From assembly GCA_963751585.1 (NCBI GenBank), contig CAVVVB010000010.1, forward strand, positions 1,456-65,455: a stretch of 64,000 bases of DNA. Direction: 5' to 3'. Positions within the stretch are counted from its first letter, which is position 1. The number at the start of each line of letters is the position of its first letter. Both the position numbers and the translations under genes were made by a program. This document shows positions 62,216 through 64,000 of the stretch, piece by piece. This stretch comes from an uncultured Chloroflexia bacterium (lineage in GTDB: Bacteria; Chloroflexota; Dehalococcoidia; GIF9; UBA5629). The notes below the pieces were generated by a model, which had not been told where the DNA came from, did not search any database, and saw nothing but the letters and a program-made list of their open reading frames with translations.

Positions 62216-63312
62216 ATGACTGATAACGACGCACGCTTTATGCGGCAGGCTTTAAAGCTGGCCCGCCGCGGCCTGGGGAAGACCTCCCCAAACCCCATGG
62301 TAGGCGCGGTAATCGTTAAGGAGGGGCGGGTTATCGCGCAGGGGTATCATCAGGATTGGCGCCGATCACGCCGAGGTGGACGCTTTGAAACACGCTGAAG
62401 AGGACGTGGCCGGGGCGACGCTGTACGTCACTCTGGAGCCCTGCCGCCATTATGGCAAGACGCCGCCCTGCACCGACGCTATCATCAAGAGCAAAATCGG
62501 CCGGGTCGTTATCGGCATGCTCGACCCCGACCCCAAAAGCGGGGGGAAAGCGTTAAGCTTGGAGGAAAACGGATAAACCACCGTCGGCGTGCTGGAAGAG
62601 GAGTGCCGCGCCCTGAACGAGAAGTACATCAAGCACCGCACCACGGGCATGCCTTTCGTGACGCTCAAGTGGGCGCAGACGCTGGACGGGAGAATCGCCA
62701 CGGCGTCGGGAAGTTCCTCACGCTGGATAAGCTCCCCGAGTCTTTAAAGCTGGCGCACCGGCTCCGCGCCACGCACGACGCTATTCTGGTGGGCGTTCAA
62801 ACGGTAATCAAGGACGACCCGGAGCTGACCACGCGCCTGGTCAGGGGCAGGAACCCGCGGCGCGTTATCCTGGACTCTCGCTTGAGGATTCCCCTCGACG
62901 CTAAAGTGCTGGAGGACCAGGAGAAAGCGCAAAACTTTAGTGGTCGCGACCCCCTCCGCCCCATAAACAAAAGCTCGCCGCCCTGCAAAAGATGGGCATA
63001 GAAGTTTTGACGTTCCCGCCGGATAAACACGGCCGGGTGGACCTTAAAAAGCTGCTGAAAACTTTAGGCGAACGCGAGATTTCCTCCCTTCTGGTGGAGG
63101 GCGGCGGCGAGGTAATTACTTCTTTCCTGCGCCTGGGCCTGGCGAATAAGCTGGTGGCCATTATCGCCCCTAAAATCCTGGGCACCGGCACGGACGCCGT
63201 CAGCGACCTTAATATTACGGACTTAGCTAACGCTTACCAGCTGACTTTTACTAAGGTCTATAGAAGCGGGGAAGATATAGTGGTGGAGGGGAGGTGTAAG
63301 GAGACGCAATGA
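62216..63312 (+). CDS. ribD: Riboflavin biosynthesis protein RibD (deaminase plus reductase), interrupted by one in-frame TAA (62574-62576) and three frameshifts
   Basis: Deaminase [22 protein letters not shown] / [12 protein letters not shown] / [18 protein letters not shown]. Reductase [27 protein letters not shown] / [21 protein letters not shown] / [15 protein letters not shown]. The pieces lie in alternating frames. One shift sits in a C-run (TCCCCGAG), another at CATCAGGATT, and a third lies between the 62603-63001 and 62992-63312 ORFs. Confidence 0.8.
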
Positions 63313-64000
63313 ATAAAGACAATTTACCTAAAACAATTTACCACTATACTACACAGGAAGGTTTAATAGGAATTCTAAAAGAAAGAGCTTTATGGGCAAC
63401 AAAAATTCATTACATGAATGATGCGAGCGAATTAGTTGAACCAATAAATATAGCAAGTGCTTTTCTCAACAAGCTTGAAGTCAGAGAAGACATTAAAAAA
63501 GATAAAATATTAAAAAATACCATTATTAGTATGCAAAATGAGCTTGAAATAAGTGGTGAAACAAACTATTGTGTTGCTTCATTCTGTAAGAAGAAAATTT
63601 ATTGAGTCAATGGCGTGCTTATGGAGTTCCTGGTTCTGTTTACTCTATCGGATTTAATGTAAAAAATCTAATAAAATCCATAACTCCGCATTCTTTTGAA
63701 TTACATAAATGTGAGTATTATGACTCTCAAGATTATCGTGTACATATTGAAAAGTTTATTGAAGACTTTCTATTTAAGGTTAAAGATGATAAAAAATTAT
63801 TACCCGAGTTTATATTTGTATTTACGAGTCTTGCTGCAAGAATGAAACATGATTGTTTCAAAGAGGAAGATGAGTATAGAGTCGTATCTATAAAGCCTTT
63901 AACTTATAATAATGAAAGGTTTAATTTCAGGCCTGGGAAATCTATTTTTATTCCATATTATTCAATACCACTAGACCTTCAATCAACTATTGTTAATTTA
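63309..64000 (+). CDS. DUF2971-like protein in AT-rich DNA, one frameshift near 63600, continues past the window end
   Basis: TIYHYTTQEGLIGILKERALWATKIHYMNDASE and, in the next frame, SQWRAYGVPGSVYSIGFNV match the DUF2971 N-terminal motifs. Local GC is clearly lower than the rest of the window. Confidence 0.5.

Noticed and set aside
1-64000. rRNA genes or additional tRNAs
   Set aside because: No rRNA-like conserved stretches seen; only the tRNA-Lys at 61889-61964 was identified by eye. A tRNAscan run could reveal others.

Overview
The window is about 50% GC and appears to be bacterial chromosome from an anaerobe; a monoderm (Chloroflexota- or Firmicutes-like) host is only a guess. Main contents in order: (1) a FtsK-gamma zinc-ribbon protein, a DksA/TraR zinc finger, decayed dnaJ/degV fragments, then rpoD. 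(2) a housekeeping/accessory mix: GT4 glycosyltransferase, nitroreductase, cfa, NfeD, ABC-2 exporter, MarR, methyltransferase. (3) adjacent IS110 and IS3 insertion sequences, then an SPFH gene. (4) a decayed pyrogallol-transhydroxylase-family (TH, DMSO-reductase superfamily) molybdoenzyme gene, a complete IS with terminal inverted repeats, and lipoprotein substrate-binding proteins. (5) a large, internally duplicated catabolic island of about 23 kb: a second TH-family gene, two aldehyde:ferredoxin oxidoreductases (AOR), two Liv-type LivHMGF ABC importers plus substrate-binding proteins, an IclR regulator, an NTF2-like protein, two OYE-FAD/Fe-S enoate-reductase-like flavoenzymes, two SDRs and a GNAT. 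(6) a PlsC-like acyltransferase and tandem degV genes. (7) an integrase-bearing phage-like element with a DnaN-like sliding clamp, abutting tRNA-Lys(UUU). (8) ribD and an AT-rich DUF2971 gene. Two cross-cutting observations stand out. A conserved three-half-site operator (TGGAAT/ATTCCR) lies upstream of three substrate-binding-protein genes and the TH gene, suggesting a shared regulon. The window has an unusually high density of frameshifted or interrupted genes, including housekeeping ribD; homopolymer-type indel errors are suspected for many of them, and genuine decay for the first TH copy. No rRNA and no CRISPR arrays were seen.
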